Shown one piece after another: positions 15,391-25,029 of a stretch of 64,000 nt of DNA; the stretch's first letter is position 1; the number at the start of each line of letters is the position of its first letter. Origin of the DNA: Bacteroidota bacterium (GTDB lineage: Bacteria > Bacteroidota > Bacteroidia > Palsa-965). The notes beneath the pieces were generated by a model. The model saw only the letters and a list, made by a program, of their open reading frames with translations. It was not told where the DNA came from and searched no databases. The translations under genes and the position numbers were made by a program. The stretch lies in NCBI GenBank assembly GCA_013298545.1, contig JAAFIA010000010.1, forward strand, positions 5,789-69,788, given 5' to 3'.

Positions 15391-18006
15391 ATGAATAAAT
15401 ATTTAAAAGTTGTACTACTTGGTCTTGGACTAAGTAGTACAGTTGTGCTACACGCACAACCTGTAATCAACAACCCTGCAAATGCCAATGTTGCTGGAGC
15501 AAATAGCTTGCAGTATTGGTCTAGACAAGGGAATACGAATGCCAATGGCACAAACAACGTATTCGGAACACAAACCAATTACAACGCCCAAGTCTGGTCA
15601 ATGACCAACGGTTTTTACCGTATGATGATGAACAACGGCGCGGGGGGCAATGCTGACGGCTATATTGGCATGGGCAATAACCTACCCGCCAATTTCGCCC
15701 CCGTAGATCGCTTGCACTTATATCAATCAGGCGGTACTACCGCTATGCGTTTTACAAACTTTGCAACAGGTCTAACCGCAACCGATGGCCTTCAAGTTGG
15801 TGTACTGGCTTTGGGTGCTGCTGTAATCCGCGATTATGATGCAAGTAGAAACATCCTTATCGGTACAAACAACGGTGGTGTTGGTGTTGCTGATCGCATT
15901 AAAGTTTGTTCGTTTGCAGAAAATGGTTTTGTAGCTATGGGCAATGTCAATGCCTTTGGACAACCTAGATCGCAACTGCACATTATGCAGTATGGCCCAA
16001 ATATGCAAACTCCATTGCTACGTGGCGAAATAATTAGAACCGATGGCGAAAATAATATTACAAATGCGTGGCGGTTATATACAGGAATAAACTCGGTTGT
16101 AAACTCAGAAAAGTTTTCTATCCAAGCACCCGCAAATTCAAACAACGGAGAACTATACACCACTAGCGGCGATATGCTTTTCTTTACGGAAAGTGTCAAT
16201 TTTGGCGATTTACAACGTTTGCGTTTAACCAACGGTATTGGAAATCAGTTAGGCGTTCCTCAACAAGACGCAACGCGCGTCAACATTAGTTACGGTTCTG
16301 TTTATGGCCCAATAACAAATCCAGTTGCCCTACTCAATCTCGGTTTTGATCCACCAGTAGGACCAAACGGCGGGCAACGTGCTTGGATGGACGTAGGCGC
16401 GTTTATGTGCGCGGGTAGTGATAACGTGTATTTAGGCTTGAAAAACGAAGACCCGAACGGAAACTTTGGCCCCAACGGAAATAATGACCGTATGGATGCC
16501 GTATTGAATTGGGGTGATAACACACAAAACCAAAATCCGTTTGGCCCTGATAATTTGCGTTTTATTTTTACAATGGTACAAAATCCGGCTACGGCTACTG
16601 GCCCTGCTTCTACACAAGGACTTGAAGCAATGCGGATTACTCCAGCAGCAGTAAACGCCAATACATATATGTTTACAGGTATCGGCGGCGATCCACAAAC
16701 AAACCTTTACGGCCCTGCACAAAACAGCATCAACCCAACACAAACCGTTGAGGTAAATTCTTATGGCCTTACCAATGCAGCAGGTGGAAGTAGCGGCCTT
16801 CGGTTTACAAATCTCAACACCACTTCGCCAACTATTGCAAATCCCGGACAAGGTGTACTGGCCGTTGATGCAAACGGCGATGTGGTTTATGTACCTGCTC
16901 CAACAGGTGTTTTGTTTGGTGGTGCTTGCGGTAATCAAAACTTGATGCCTTCGGATTGGGAAATCCCAACAAACGGTTTTAATTATGTATTTACAGGCCA
17001 AAGTGTAAACGGCGATAACGTTGGTATTGGCCTTCCAAATGCAAACTGCGCTCCAATTGCCAAACTAGAAGTGTTGCAACAATCAACCGTAAATAATTCA
17101 ACAGGCGTTTTTTCGCGCAACCTTGATAATGATGGCGTTGCCCTTCGTGCGAGTGCTTTAGGTACGGCCTCTGGAACACAAACAAAAGTTGCCGGATGGT
17201 TTGAAGCAAGTGTAGGTTTTGGAAGTCAGCAAGTAGCCATTTACGTTCCGCAATTGGGCGGTGTGGTAAATATCGGCTACCCTACACCAAACTCAGGTCA
17301 ATTTGCACTATTGAATGTAAACGGTTCAATCACTTCAAACGGTTTAATTGTTCAAACTTCTGATGCTTCAATCAAAACCAATGTAAATACAATACAAAAC
17401 GCGGGAAGTATTATTGATCGCTTGCGCCCTGTCAGTTACAACTATACCACAGCTTCTATTTCTGATTCTTCGATGGTTGGTTTACACTTTGGTTTGATTG
17501 CACAAGAAGTTGATACCGTTTTGTCTGAGGTGGTACATACAGACGGCAACGGTTTAAAATCGGTTTCTTATATTGAATTGATGCCTTACCTAATTGCGGC
17601 CTATCAAGATGAACACCGCCGTAACGATTCATTAGCTGCTGCTTTGTCTGCTTTGACCAATACCGTAAATGGTTGCTGTAACAACAACTCACGCACGGCA
17701 AATAATGATCCGTTGACTATTCGTAACATCGAATTGAATAACAACGCGGTTGTTTTGGAACAAAACATTCCTAATCCGTTCGCCGATCAAACTACAATAA
17801 CTTACACCATTCCGGCAGATGCGGGTTTTGCTCAAATTGTGTTTTATGATGCACAGGGAAAAATGATCCGTTTAGTTGATATTACCGAAAAAGGGAAAGG
17901 CCAGTTGAATGTTTTTGCAGGTGATTTGTCAACAGGTATCTACACTTATAGCCTTATTGTTGATGGTAAAGTAATTGATACAAAACGTATGGTTAAAACG
18001 AATTAG
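15391..18006 (+). CDS. T9SS type A secreted fibre-like protein with peptidase S74 intramolecular chaperone domain
   Basis: Signal peptide; G/N-rich beta repeats; TSDASIKTNV...LRPVSYNY...GLIAQEV...VSYIELMPYLIAAYQD (S74); LEQNIPNPF...GIYTYSL (type A CTD). Confidence 0.9.
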   Translation: MNKYLKVVLLGLGLSSTVVLHAQPVINNPANANVAGANSLQYWSRQGNTNANGTNNVFGTQTNYNAQVWSMTNGFYRMMMNNGAGGNADGYIGMGNNLPANFAPVDRLHLYQSGGTTAMRFTNFATGLTATDGLQVGVLALGAAVIRDYDASRNILIGTNNGGVGVADRIKVCSFAENGFVAMGNVNAFGQPRSQLHIMQYGPNMQTPLLRGEIIRTDGENNITNAWRLYTGINSVVNSEKFSIQAPANSNNGELYTTSGDMLFFTESVNFGDLQRLRLTNGIGNQLGVPQQDATRVNISYGSVYGPITNPVALLNLGFDPPVGPNGGQRAWMDVGAFMCAGSDNVYLGLKNEDPNGNFGPNGNNDRMDAVLNWGDNTQNQNPFGPDNLRFIFTMVQNPATATGPASTQGLEAMRITPAAVNANTYMFTGIGGDPQTNLYGPAQNSINPTQTVEVNSYGLTNAAGGSSGLRFTNLNTTSPTIANPGQGVLAVDANGDVVYVPAPTGVLFGGACGNQNLMPSDWEIPTNGFNYVFTGQSVNGDNVGIGLPNANCAPIAKLEVLQQSTVNNSTGVFSRNLDNDGVALRASALGTASGTQTKVAGWFEASVGFGSQQVAIYVPQLGGVVNIGYPTPNSGQFALLNVNGSITSNGLIVQTSDASIKTNVNTIQNAGSIIDRLRPVSYNYTTASISDSSMVGLHFGLIAQEVDTVLSEVVHTDGNGLKSVSYIELMPYLIAAYQDEHRRNDSLAAALSALTNTVNGCCNNNSRTANNDPLTIRNIELNNNAVVLEQNIPNPFADQTTITYTIPADAGFAQIVFYDAQGKMIRLVDITEKGKGQLNVFAGDLSTGIYTYSLIVDGKVIDTKRMVKTN

Positions 18007-18022
18007 AATAGCATTTATAGGT

Positions 18023-18054
18023 AAAAAGCCGTCCAAATTCGGACGGCTTTTTTT
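18023..18054 (+). terminator. Rho-independent terminator
   Basis: aaaaagccgtcc-aaattc-ggacggcttttttt. Confidence 0.85.
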
Positions 18055-18200
18055 GTTGCTTTTTAAAATACTCAAATCGTTTACCTTTCAAATAGCCTGT
18101 AAGGTTTCGATTTTCAGACTTTCGGCCTTATCCAAATCATCTAACAAAAAGTCAGAACTGCATACTGTTACCATTTGGTTTCCGTTGTGTCTTTTCTTTG

Positions 18201-18230
18201 TTACTTTCTTTGGACAAGCAAAGAAAGTAA
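18201..18230. repeat. Perfect 12-bp palindromic hairpin, REP/MITE-like
   Basis: ttactttctttg-gacaag-caaagaaagtaa. Confidence 0.5.
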
Positions 18231-18377
18231 AGAGCAACTTCCTTTTCCAAACCCCAACCGTAAGCCCGCCGCAGGCGAATTGTACGCTGGTTGCGAATAA
18301 CAAAAAGTATATAATTTGTTGCAACGCGCGTTATAAACGCGCATCTCGAGCCACCTCGTTGCAAACGAGGTGGAGAT

Positions 18378-19259
18378 TTACTTTCCTAAATACCCATAAA
18401 ATTTCAAACTCCGTTCGCTGTCGCGCCAGTCTTTGTCAACTTTGACGAAGAGTTCGAGGAAAACTTTTTTCTGCAAGAATTTTTCCATGTCGAGGCGTGC
18501 GGCAGTTCCAACCTTTTTCAACATGCTTCCTTGATGACCAATGAGAATGGCTTTTTGTGAATCGCGCATGCAATAAATGGTGCAACGAATGCGGTCAATG
18601 GTTTCTTCTTCGCGATATGAATCTACAATCACTTCTACGCTGTACGGAATTTCTTTGTCGTAAGTGAGCAAGATTTTTTCACGCACAATCTCGGCCACAA
18701 AAAAACGTTCGGGCCGATCGGTCAATGCGTCTTTGGGATAATACGCGGGATGCTCAGGAAGCAAGGCCATGATGCGGTCGAATAGTGGAATGATATTGTC
18801 ATTGGTCAAAGCCGAAACCGGAATCCATTCTGCCGCAGGAAATTCTTTTTTCCAGAAATCGGTTGCTTGCTGCAATTTTTCTTTGCTCACCACATCTGTT
18901 TTATTGAGCAATCCGAGCACCGGAACTTTTGCGCCTTGAATGCGTTTCATCATGGCCGGTTCAATCGGTGTGTCATCGGTTAGATCGACAACAAAAAGCA
19001 ATACATCAGCATCGGCAATGGCAGAGCCTACAAATTGCATCATGCCTTCGTGGAGCTTATATTTCGGGGCTAAAATTCCGGGCGTATCGGAATAAATCAT
19101 TTGAAAATCGTCGCCATTGACAATGCCTAAGATGCGGTGTCGTGTAGTTTGTGCTTTGGAAGTGATGATGGAAAGACGCTCGCCTACAAGTGCGTTCATG
19201 AGTGTACTTTTTCCCGCATTGGGATTGCCTACGATATTGACGAAACCGGATTTGTGCAT
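18378..19259 (-). CDS. era: GTPase Era
   Basis: HKSGFVNIVGNPNAGKSTLMN...TSKAQTTRHRI...DTPG...NKTD and the KH-domain EIPYS...LIGHQG; TACCTTTG box at 19264-19271. Confidence 0.97.
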   Translation of the reverse strand: MHKSGFVNIVGNPNAGKSTLMNALVGERLSIITSKAQTTRHRILGIVNGDDFQMIYSDTPGILAPKYKLHEGMMQFVGSAIADADVLLFVVDLTDDTPIEPAMMKRIQGAKVPVLGLLNKTDVVSKEKLQQATDFWKKEFPAAEWIPVSALTNDNIIPLFDRIMALLPEHPAYYPKDALTDRPERFFVAEIVREKILLTYDKEIPYSVEVIVDSYREEETIDRIRCTIYCMRDSQKAILIGHQGSMLKKVGTAARLDMEKFLQKKVFLELFVKVDKDWRDSERSLKFYGYLGK

Positions 19260-19302
19260 GATGCAAAGGTAGGTATTTGAAATGGGTGAATTTAGCCTTC
19301 AA

Positions 19303-19337
19303 CAAAAAGTCCGGCAAGCATTGCGCGAGCCGGACTT
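19303..19337 (-). terminator. Rho-independent terminator
   Basis: aagtccggc / gccggactt stem with a U run on the minus strand. Confidence 0.65.
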
Positions 19338-19354
19338 AAACAAAGCGGTTGTGT

Positions 19355-21061
19355 TTATTTTACAACATGGAAGAAGCCGGTCAATACTTTTTCCAAGTTT
19401 GGACCACTCAACACATAGTAGTAAACACCATCAGTTACGTTTGGTTTCCAGTCGTTGCGGTAGTCGCTGCTTTCGTAGATTTTATTTCCCCAACGGTTGT
19501 AAACAGTTAAGGCCGAGTTTGGATGATCGGCGAGGTTGGTAAATTCGAGTACGTCGTTGTTGTTGTCGCCATTTGGAGAAACAACATTGGGTGCAATTAC
19601 CGGAAGAACAATGGGTTCACTTTGTACCAAGTAAGCCAGTGTATATATGCCGCTGCAACCGCCAGCTGTTTCGATGGTGAGTGTTACAGTATAAACACTA
19701 TCGCTTGTATAGGTATGTGTTGGGTTTTGCAATGTGCTTGTATCGCCATCGCCAAAATCCCAGAACCAACTTACGGCTCCAACGGAATTGTCAGTAAACT
19801 GAACCGTGGTCGGTGGCGCTTGAGGAGGTTGTGGCGAAAATGTAAACGCAACAGTTGGTGCGGCAACAATATTGACAAAAATATTGGCCGTTGTTGATGC
19901 TGCAGGTGTTCCATTGTCTGTACCGACAATTTGAATGGAATACAATCCAATATTACTTGCGTCTGCTACTAGCTGGCCCGTAAATACAGCTGGATTTCCA
20001 GATGTATTTACAATGGTGGTCAAACCAGTAAGTACCGAAGTCATTGTTGCAGAGGTGATTTGTCCTTGCTCTGGAGAGAGGAATGTTGCACTAAAATCAA
20101 ACGTATCGCCAACGCAAAGTGTGAGTGTGTCGCAGACTTCGGCAGAATTGACAATTGGCGGTAAATTATTTCCTGAACCGTTGTTGCAAACATCGAAATA
20201 GAATGTTTGGTTATCGAGCCAACTTACTTGGTCAACTGTGCCAAATGGGCCATCGTAATTTGTTCCGGGTTGGTCAAATTGGCCAATCTGAATGTAATCG
20301 ACACCATTGCCACGATTGACACCAACAGTAGCGGGCGATCCACCAAAACCATTGACACCATTTGACGCGTCGCCAGTAGTCCATTGCATATCACCATAAC
20401 AAAACGAAACATTATTACCTGGAGGTAAAATTGGATCTGTTCCATCGGTGATGATGAGTTGAAAATCGTTTAGCTTATCGTCGTAGCTGGCATAATAACC
20501 AACGGTTTGCCAACGCACAATCATGGCTGTTGGTGTTATTTTGTAATACACCAAGCCGCTTCCTGTGCCGCGTGTATCGACATCGGCCCAGAAAGGTGCA
20601 ATCATGATGAATGATGGATCGGGAAATGCGTTTGCAGTAAAGGTAAAATAGGGTGCGCCAAACGAAATATTCCCGTTGTTGTTGATGTAGCAATTGTTTT
20701 GATTTTGCCCGTAAAAACAAAAATTGAAAGGCAATGCAATTGGGTTGGAGTACGAGTCGTCGTTGCGATAATCTGGTGGAGTTCCGCCTTGCATGGGGAC
20801 AACTTGAAAGGTATTGTCAATGGGAATCATGCAATTGCATACAACATTGGATGAGGGTTGCGCTGGATTTGCAGCTTTTATTTCAGGAATAAGCGGTCTG
20901 ACATCATTGCCCGTAATTATTACAGGCCCACGCGGGAGTTTGCCTTCGCGTTTTAGTTGATCGTATTCCGATGTGCCGGGTGCAGGAAGCTGCTGACTTG
21001 TTTGTGCAAATCCTGCAAGGCAAAATGCAAGAGCAAAAATAAACGTAATGAGTTGTTTCAT
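19355..21061 (-). CDS. T9SS type B cargo: nidogen-like (NIDO) domain + PKD + CHU_C CTD
   Basis: DDSYSNPIALPFNFCFYG...INNNGNISF...IAPFWADVD...NDFQLII (NIDO); WDFGDG PKD; PNVVSPNGDNNND...YNRWG. Confidence 0.88.
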   Translation of the reverse strand: MKQLITFIFALAFCLAGFAQTSQQLPAPGTSEYDQLKREGKLPRGPVIITGNDVRPLIPEIKAANPAQPSSNVVCNCMIPIDNTFQVVPMQGGTPPDYRNDDSYSNPIALPFNFCFYGQNQNNCYINNNGNISFGAPYFTFTANAFPDPSFIMIAPFWADVDTRGTGSGLVYYKITPTAMIVRWQTVGYYASYDDKLNDFQLIITDGTDPILPPGNNVSFCYGDMQWTTGDASNGVNGFGGSPATVGVNRGNGVDYIQIGQFDQPGTNYDGPFGTVDQVSWLDNQTFYFDVCNNGSGNNLPPIVNSAEVCDTLTLCVGDTFDFSATFLSPEQGQITSATMTSVLTGLTTIVNTSGNPAVFTGQLVADASNIGLYSIQIVGTDNGTPAASTTANIFVNIVAAPTVAFTFSPQPPQAPPTTVQFTDNSVGAVSWFWDFGDGDTSTLQNPTHTYTSDSVYTVTLTIETAGGCSGIYTLAYLVQSEPIVLPVIAPNVVSPNGDNNNDVLEFTNLADHPNSALTVYNRWGNKIYESSDYRNDWKPNVTDGVYYYVLSGPNLEKVLTGFFHVVK

Positions 21062-21118
21062 TGGGTCGTTTGAACGTCTAGTTTCTATAACGATTTTTTT
21101 GCGATTGGTTACAGTTGG

Positions 21119-23437
21119 TTATCGAACAAGGTTGACATGTCCGATGTAGTCGTATTCTTGGCCGTTACGATCAACAATATGTACTTTGTAAACATAGGTA
21201 TCGGTTTGGCATAGCTTGCTTGATCCTTGTACTTTTCCGTCCCATCCGGTGTATTTGTCGTTGGAGGTAAAAATAAGATTTCCCCAACGATCAAAGACAT
21301 ACATCTCGAAGGTATTGATGTCGGCCACATCGCTAAACGATGGCATGAATTCGTCGTTAAGTCCATTCCCATTTGGCGTAAATGTATTTGGGATGTAGAT
21401 GAGAATTTCAGGACTAATCACCAAACATTCGATGGCGGTATCGGGGCACGTATTGTTTGGTCCGAAGACAACAAGGCGGACGCAAAATGTGCCTGTGTCT
21501 TCGTAAGTAAATGTTGGACTTTGCAGATTAGACGACGCTGCATTTGATCCAAAATCCCATTCCCAAACACTTGGACTTCCGGTCGATTGATCGGTGAAGG
21601 TGATGGTGGGGTTGTTGATGGTAGCGGGTTGCGGGGTGAGTGTGAAGGCGGCTTGTGGGCCGGGCTGCACAGAAATCATGTTTACAATGGAATCGGTAAA
21701 CGTACATCCTTCGGCAGAGGTTGCTGAGAGTGTTACGGTATAAAGTCCATCAACAGGGTAGCAGTAATTGGGATTTTGAACATTGGAGGTTGAGCCATCG
21801 CCAAAATTCCAAGCCCATTGGATAACATTGCTATTGGTAACGGTTGTGAGGTCGGTAAAATCGACGCAGAGTGGTGCGCAGCCAGATGTTGGTGTTGCAG
21901 AAAAATTGATATCAGGAAGTGGATAAACAAGCACCGTGAAATTGACCGTATCCGAACATCCCAGCGAATCGGTAACGGTTAGATTAACGGTGTACGTTCC
22001 TGACGTGTTGTAAACATAATTTGGATTTTGGAGGTTGGAGGTATCGCTTCCATTGGCAATTGCGGGGTCGTTGAAATCCCAATGCCAAACATTGATTGGC
22101 CCGTTTCCTGCGGGTGCGCTGGAGTTGTTGCTGTTGAAGGGCATTTGTGCGTTGGGGCAAACGCTGGTACTGGTGAAGAGTGCGGTAGGGCCGGGAATGA
22201 CGTTGACCACAACGTTGCCAGAAGTGGTTTGCGCGGGATTGCCGTTGTCTGTTCCCGAAATGATAAGTGTGTTGTAGCCGATGTTGGAATTTAAACCGAC
22301 AAATCCACCGATGAGATTGGCTGTATTTCCGGGCGCATTGGAAATGTTGAAATAGCCTGTGCCACTTGGTGTAACGGTAATGGTTGTAATCTGTGCAGGT
22401 TCGGGTGAGAAGAATGTCGCCGTAATGGGAAGTGTATCGCCTACGCAAAGGGTGAGTGTGTCGCAAACTTGTCCGGCATTCATGATGGGCGGAATATTGT
22501 TTCCGTTACCCGTATTGCAAACGTCAAAAAAGAATTGCTGGTTGTCGAGCCAACTCACACCGCTAGGTGCGCCGAGTGGGCCATTGTAAGTAACGCCGGG
22601 TTGATCGAATGTTCCGATTTGGATGTAGTTGACACCATCGCCGAGGTTTGCACCAACGGTTGCAGCTGTGCCTCCAAAGCCATTGTTTCCGCCAGAAGCA
22701 TCGCCAGTTGTCCATTCCATATCGCCATAGCAGAAAGAAACATTGCTACCAACTGGAAGGATTGGATCAACACCGTCTGAAATAATCAATTGGAAATCGT
22801 TGAGTTTGTCGGCATGTTGCGAGAAATAACCAACCGTTTGCCAACGCACAATCAGGTGTGTGGGTGTTACTTTGTAATAGACAACGCCACTGATCGGGTT
22901 TTGTGTATCCACATCGGCCCAGAAAGGCGCAATCATGGTAACTTGATTCGTTGGGAAACCTGTTGCCGAAAAAGTGCCATAAGGTGTTCCGAACGAAATA
23001 TTGCCGTTGTTGTTGATGTATAAATCGTTGAACGTTTGTCCGTAAAAACAAAAATTAAATGGAATTGGAATGAGTGGTGATGATGCGTCGTCGTTGCGAT
23101 ATTGTGGCGGATTTCCCCAAGTAAAAGGAACAACTTGATATGTGTTATCGAGTTGAAACATGCAATTGCAGTTCGCCGCTTGTGTCGATGGTGGTGGTTG
23201 ATTGATGAGCGACAAGAGGGGTTGTTGAATGCGGGCATTGTCGCTTGCCATCACATAAAGACCATTGTTGAGTTGCCCACTTCGCTTCATATCGTCCCAT
23301 TTTTCGGGGGCAATAGCAGTAGGGACTTGCGCATGGAGTGGCAGGCCAAAAATTAGCAACAACAGGAGGAGTCTGAGGTCTTTCAAAATAAAATATGTTA
23401 GTTGGTTTAAACAAAAGTTGAGTTTGCCGTTCAACAA
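21119..23437 (-). CDS. T9SS type B cargo: NIDO + 3 PKD + CHU_C CTD (paralogue of the adjacent gene); start uncertain
   Basis: Same NIDO motifs; three WDF/WNFGDG PKD repeats; IPNTFTPNGNGLND...FDRWG CTD. Confidence 0.88.
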   Translation of the reverse strand: MLNGKLNFCLNQLTYFILKDLRLLLLLLIFGLPLHAQVPTAIAPEKWDDMKRSGQLNNGLYVMASDNARIQQPLLSLINQPPPSTQAANCNCMFQLDNTYQVVPFTWGNPPQYRNDDASSPLIPIPFNFCFYGQTFNDLYINNNGNISFGTPYGTFSATGFPTNQVTMIAPFWADVDTQNPISGVVYYKVTPTHLIVRWQTVGYFSQHADKLNDFQLIISDGVDPILPVGSNVSFCYGDMEWTTGDASGGNNGFGGTAATVGANLGDGVNYIQIGTFDQPGVTYNGPLGAPSGVSWLDNQQFFFDVCNTGNGNNIPPIMNAGQVCDTLTLCVGDTLPITATFFSPEPAQITTITVTPSGTGYFNISNAPGNTANLIGGFVGLNSNIGYNTLIISGTDNGNPAQTTSGNVVVNVIPGPTALFTSTSVCPNAQMPFNSNNSSAPAGNGPINVWHWDFNDPAIANGSDTSNLQNPNYVYNTSGTYTVNLTVTDSLGCSDTVNFTVLVYPLPDINFSATPTSGCAPLCVDFTDLTTVTNSNVIQWAWNFGDGSTSNVQNPNYCYPVDGLYTVTLSATSAEGCTFTDSIVNMISVQPGPQAAFTLTPQPATINNPTITFTDQSTGSPSVWEWDFGSNAASSNLQSPTFTYEDTGTFCVRLVVFGPNNTCPDTAIECLVISPEILIYIPNTFTPNGNGLNDEFMPSFSDVADINTFEMYVFDRWGNLIFTSNDKYTGWDGKVQGSSKLCQTDTYVYKVHIVDRNGQEYDYIGHVNLVR

Positions 23438-23540
23438 TGTTTACTCAATACATAGCTATCAAAAATAAGAAAAATACCTGTTGCCTAGACATAAAAATTT
23501 GCAGAAAGTTATTCTTGTGTTTGGGGGCTTATCTTTGCGT

Positions 23541-24875
23541 ATGATTTTTACATCGTGGCGTACGCATTTTCGGGAAACACTTTTGTTGGCGATACCGGTT
23601 TGTCTGAGTAATATCGGGCACATGGGGGTTGATTTAGCAGATACTTATTTCATTGGAAAACTTCCGGAACATACCGAAGGGCAGGCGGCAATTGCGCTTG
23701 CAGGAGCATTTTATGTAACGTTTTTGGTGATGGCGATTGGTGTTTCGTATGGATTGACGCCCTTAGTTGCGGAAGCACAAGCACAACAGAAAACCGCGCG
23801 CATTGCAAATCTGTTACGGCATTCGATTGTTTTAAACGTTTTAACGTCGTTGATTTTGGTGTTGATGTTGCTGGCCATAAATCCCATGTTGGGCAAGCTT
23901 GGCCAGCCGGAGGCGGTGGTACGATTGGCTGTTCCGTTTTTGGGCGTTATTCTTTTGTCGATGATTCCGTTGAGTATTTTTTTCTCGTTCAAGCAGTTTG
24001 CAGAAGGCATGTCGGATACGCGGATGGCGATGTACATTACGTTAGGTTCAAACGCGTTGAATATTTTATTGAATTATGTATTGGTTTTCGGGCATTGGGG
24101 ATTTCCTGAAATGGGCATGATGGGATCTTGTTGGGCCACGTTTATTGCGCGTTGCGGCATGGGTTTGGCGATGTGGTTGTATGTGCGTTATGGGTCGCGT
24201 TATGCGGTTTATCGCGAGGGGTTTCGGTTTAAAAATTTAGAGTGGTCGTATTTTAAGGAGTTGTTGAAGATTGGTGTACCATCGGGATTGATGTTTGTGA
24301 TTGAGGTGGTTGCCTTTTCGATGCCAGCAGCGTTTATTGGTCAGTTGGGTGCAGATCATTTAGCGGCGCATCGGATAGCATTGAGTTTGGCATCTGTTAC
24401 GTATATGATATCGAGTGGGTTGGGTGCGGCAGCAACGATTCGTGTGGGGCATTTTTTGGGGATGGGTGAGCGGGAGCAGGTGCGGCGGGCGGGATTTAGC
24501 GCGATGGGTCTTGCTCTGGCATTTATGGTTTTAGCAGCAATTGTATTTGTACTTTTTTCAAAAGAACTGCCTGCCTTCTTCAACGAAGATTATACGGTTC
24601 TCGAAATTGCTGCGCCTTTGTTTTTTATTGCTGCTATTTTTCAGGTGTTTGATGGATTACAAGTTACGGCACAGGGCGCGTTGCGCGGTGTGCAAGATAT
24701 GGTTGTACCCGGAATTATTGCGGCGGTTTCGTATTGGTTGATTGGGTTGTTGTTGAGTTATCTGCTTTGTTTTGAAGCAGGGTTAGGTGTGATGGGAGTT
24801 TGGTTTGGTTATGTTGCGGGCTTGTTTGCTGCTGCAACCGGATTGGTTTGGCGTTTTTACAGCAAGACAAGGTGA
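23541..24875 (+). CDS. MATE family efflux transporter (NorM-like)
   Basis: 12-TM pattern; LLLAIPV, NILLNYVLVFGHWG, LAAHRI, FQVFDGLQ, GALRG. ATG 23541 directly follows a TATCTTTG box at 23530. Confidence 0.93.
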   Translation: MIFTSWRTHFRETLLLAIPVCLSNIGHMGVDLADTYFIGKLPEHTEGQAAIALAGAFYVTFLVMAIGVSYGLTPLVAEAQAQQKTARIANLLRHSIVLNVLTSLILVLMLLAINPMLGKLGQPEAVVRLAVPFLGVILLSMIPLSIFFSFKQFAEGMSDTRMAMYITLGSNALNILLNYVLVFGHWGFPEMGMMGSCWATFIARCGMGLAMWLYVRYGSRYAVYREGFRFKNLEWSYFKELLKIGVPSGLMFVIEVVAFSMPAAFIGQLGADHLAAHRIALSLASVTYMISSGLGAAATIRVGHFLGMGEREQVRRAGFSAMGLALAFMVLAAIVFVLFSKELPAFFNEDYTVLEIAAPLFFIAAIFQVFDGLQVTAQGALRGVQDMVVPGIIAAVSYWLIGLLLSYLLCFEAGLGVMGVWFGYVAGLFAAATGLVWRFYSKTR

Positions 24876-24965
24876 GTGTGTAAAATGCCTAGTGCAACAA
24901 ACAGCTTAATCATACGTGTTCCAAAATATTAGCTGTGCATCACGTTAGCCTAATTGAGGAGAAAT

Positions 24966-25005
24966 AAAAATCGGCTGACTTCGTAAGAAATCAGCCGATT
25001 TTTTT
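24966..25005. terminator. Bidirectional terminator between convergent genes
   Basis: aaaaatcggctga...tcagccgattttttt. Confidence 0.85.
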
Positions 25006-25029
25006 GGGGATGTTCAGACTAAAAAAAAT

